Source: the human T2T-CHM13v2.0 reference genome, Homo sapiens
Assembly (NCBI RefSeq): GCF_009914755.1
Contig: NC_060934.1
Strand: one strand, 5' to 3'
Length of the DNA: 64,000 bases
Part shown: positions 60,040 through 64,000 of the stretch, piece by piece
Layout: each line of letters starts with the position of its first letter
Numbering within the stretch: position 1 is the first letter of the stretch
Position numbers and translations under genes: made by a program
The notes under the pieces: generated by a model
The model's input: only the letters and a program-made list of their open reading frames with translations
Database searches by the model: none
Told to the model about the DNA's origin: nothing

Positions 60040-61290
60040 TAAATAGTCATTATTTTGTGAAAAGCACTGTGCTTTATATAATTATTTAATTTTCACAACA
60101 ACTGTGTGAGTTATGTTGTGATGAGTCCCCTTTTGTTGATAAAGCTTAGGAAGGTAAAATGGATGGCCCAAAGTTGGTGGCAGAACTAAAATTTTCATAT
60201 AGATCCATCTGATATTGGAGTCCAAGCTCTTAACCATTAAATGTTTCCTTCCGGCATTTTTTAATGGATTTGTATCTTTGCAAACTTTGAAGTTTTCAAA
60301 ACATGATCATCTGCATGGAACTAACACATTATCTCATTTCATCCTCACAACAACTGTGAAGTTTAAATTAGCCCCACCTTATAGGTAGGGAATGTGAGGC
60401 TATCAGGGTAAATTATTTATCCCAGGTCACGTGTTGGAATTGGGAAGAACCAAGTGCTTCAGGATGTATTCTGAAAAGTTAAAATGGCTGCAGTGATGAA
60501 GGAGCCCTAACAATGCTGTTGTAGGTTTTGAAGTGTATTGCTCTTTGTTCCATGCAATTTTGAAATATTTGTTTGCCATGAAATATTTTGTTTTATTTCT
60601 AAAAGTAACATAAATATATTACAAGATACTTGGAAAATAGAAAACAGAAAAATAACCCTCTGTAATTTCTCTACCCGAATTCAAATCAGATACTCATTTT
60701 GATTTTTTTTCCCATTCATTTTCCTACATGTGGTTGTTATCTCAGCATCATTCAACCTTTTTCCATGTCATTGCTTGGCCACCGTAAGTTATTATCTGTA
60801 GTGGTTGCACAATGCACAGTGTTTCATCTGGCGAGACTGCACTGTAATATGAGCTGGGCAGGAGGAGAAACAAGATGAATGAATATTTGTTATATGACTT
60901 ACGTTATCTTATTTACCCTCAAAACAACAGCATGGGGTTGACTTTACTAATTTTACTTCATAGATATGCAAATCGAGATGCAGTGAGGGTAAGTGACTTG
61001 TCCAAAGTTATGCAGCTAGTCAGTTGCAGAACAGATCTGTGTGACTTTGCAGGCCATGCTTTTCCACTCTGCTTTCACGGTGCCTGTATGTGTCATCTGT
61101 TAAATTCTTATAACAGCACTACATATTCCAGTTATACAAATGAAGAATGAGGCGAGAGCTTAGAGGGGGTGAAGTGTGCTAAGTAGCAGGAACTACTTAT
61201 TTAAGTATTAAGTGTGAGGCACTGGACTACATTTTGCATCCGTGATATCATTTGGCTCCTCCTGCAGCCCTGTAGTATTGTCTGCCTTCT
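60040..61290. mobile_element. Cluster of MIR relics
   Basis: Repeated MIR-core-like motifs (tcctcacaacaactgtga; gagggtaagtgacttgtccaaagttatgcagctagt). Confidence 0.6.
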
Positions 61291-62916
61291 GACCATCATG
61301 CTGCCAGTGTTACAGTCTAGAATAACTTGAATGTTTTCAAGTTTTTCATTGTGCTCCATATCTCTTTGTACTTTTTCCCCGTTTTGAATTATTTCCTTGC
61401 TATGGACACTCAAGATGTCTTCAGTTTCCTTCCACCATAAATTACTATGACTTGCCCGACTTTTCAGTACCACAGATGACACTACAAGGAATTTGTTGGT
61501 CTGTCTGTCCAGAAAGAGAAATTCCTCCCTGATTTCAGGGTATGCACACAGGTGCCTAATCTGACTGAGCTCTCAAGAAGGGCCACCTCCGTCTTCGTGC
61601 TGGGTAGCGCTGTGCACAAGGGGTTTTATTTTCCTGCGTATCTGCATTTGCTTAGTGCTGTTCAGTTGCCCACATTTTGTCACTTGGATGTTTGAACTTG
61701 GCATTTCTTTATCTGTTAATGAGTTTAGGCAGCTCTTGGTGTTCTTATAAGGTTTTGGGTTTCCTCTTCTGTGAGTCCCTGTTACTCTCTGCTTGTTTTC
61801 CACTGGGATATTGTTACCTTTTTCTGTTGCTTTACACGGGGTGCTCTTTATTCTAAACATTAATTCCCTTATAGGTTTTATGCTTTGTAAACTTCTTTTC
61901 TCATTCTGTCATCTGTTTATTTAACTTTTTCCATAGTTTTATTTCTTGAACAGAAATTTTAAGTTTTGAAATGATTGTATTCAATCTCTTCTGCCTAATG
62001 TCTTATGCTTTTGAAATTTTATTTTAAGAAGACCTTATCCTGAAGGAGGCCACAGAATATTCCCTACATTTTCTTTTACTAATTGTATAGTTTTATCATT
62101 ATCAGATAGGTCTGCAATCCATCTGTAGTTCCCTTTTTATGTGGTAGGTAAGGATCTACTTTACCTTATTATCTTATGTTTCACTCCATAGTAAGTCTGC
62201 CTTTTGCTTTGGGATTTAAACTTGAAAATCAAAAACTCTTTTGGGAGATATTTTAGGGGCCCTTACAGCATTCCATATAGTTAAATTATTTATTAGCAGT
62301 ACCGTTACTTGTGTGCCCTCTGACCCTGCAACCTCTGTATGGAGTAAGGATCTCTTTTGGATATGGGGTATCCCAAACACCTAGAACTAGTGACTGGCAT
62401 GTGACATTCACTCAACAGTCTTCAATGATATTTGTTGAGTGCTAGGTGAATGTAGGCTTTTTTTCCTGCAGCTAGTTAGTCATTCTAACAAAAAGCTTGA
62501 AATCGTTAATAAAACCAGACTAATAGCTCTGCTGTTAACCAGCTGTGTTTCCTTGAGGAAGTCATTTTCTTTCCTTCCTCTGTAAACTAATGACCTGTGC
62601 AACCACCATCTCAATTAAGATTACAGGAAGTTTTTATCACCCCAAAAGTTCTTTGTACTCCTTTGTACTGCCTTCTGCTCCCTTCCATCATTGATTTGCC
62701 TACGGTCACTGTGATTAGCTTTGCCTGTTTTAGAATTTTATTTGAATGGAAACATATTATTTTCCATGATAATCTTTTCTTGGTTAGCATGTTTTGTGAT
62801 TCATTTGCTATGTATATTGGTAGTTCATTTGTTTTCATTGCTGAGTAGTATTTCATTGTGTGGATATACCACAAATTAAAAAATTCATTAATCTACTGGA
62901 GGGATATTTGGGGTGG

Positions 62917-63283
<367 letters not shown>

Positions 63284-64000
63284 TAGTGTTTTCCATCAGG
63301 AGGCAATTATGGCAAAACTACAATATCCTTTCATGTACAGGTGTAGGCATACGTTTTGAGAACTACCTAGGAGTGGAATTGCTAGGCTATGTGATAAGTG
63401 TATGTTTAACTTTATTAGAAATGGCAAAACTATTATCCAAAGTGACTGTTTTACATTTCCAGCTGCAATCTATGAGAGTTCCAAATTTTCCACTTTCTCT
63501 CCAACACCTGGTATTGTCAGTTTTTAAAAGTTCGAGTCATTCCGCTCGATTTATACTAGCATCTCATGGTGGTTGAAATTTGCATTTCCCTGATACAAGC
63601 ATATTTTAATGTGCTTACTGACCAATTATAACTTCTTTCACAAAGTATTCAAATCCTTTGCCCATTTTTTTATGGAGTTAGTTTATTTCAGTATTACTGA
63701 AGTGTTATAGAGCTCTATATATATTCCAGATACAAGGTCGCTCACAGACCTGCATGTCTAGAGTTCTGGAGGGATGTAATGGAGGAAATGAGGAACAATC
63801 AACATTTATAGAGATACTGGCTAAAAACTTTCTGAAATTATTGAAAGGTACTAATACTCATTCCAGGAAGCCCATTGCAGACCAAATTTAACATGATATC
63901 CACATTTAGCTGTATTGTTTAAAAACTGCAGTATTTACTAAGGGGAAAGAGAAGATCTTAAGTGTTGCCAATAGATTTTTTATGAGACATCGTGTATACA

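Overview
Primate (most likely human) genomic DNA covering the 5' end of ZMYND11 (BS69) on the + strand. It contains a CpG-island promoter (~3.55-5.25 kb) with a non-coding first exon ending at 4463, a ~44.5-kb repeat-rich first intron, and the first coding exon (48930-49064, [38 protein letters not shown]). Intron 2 runs off the window. The rest is mostly transposon relics: >20 Alus, L1PA/L1PB/L1M, THE1 and MST/MLT1 LTRs, a near-complete Tigger1, MER elements, L2/MIR, a 5S rRNA pseudogene and three tandem arrays. The most unusual structure is a twin-primed (5'-inverted) L1PA. Its inversion junction joins the L1 antisense-promoter region and ORF0 start codon in frame to an unbroken ORF2p segment (PIP box plus N-terminal RT part), giving a 229-aa ORF antisense to ZMYND11. 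Also notable are a 4-codon uORF created only by exon1-exon2 splicing, a tiny polyadenylated ERV9/LTR12 R-region retrocopy, and a sense THE1 LTR that could be an alternative promoter. Repeat family calls are from memory of consensus sequences, not a search, and boundaries of old repeats are approximate.
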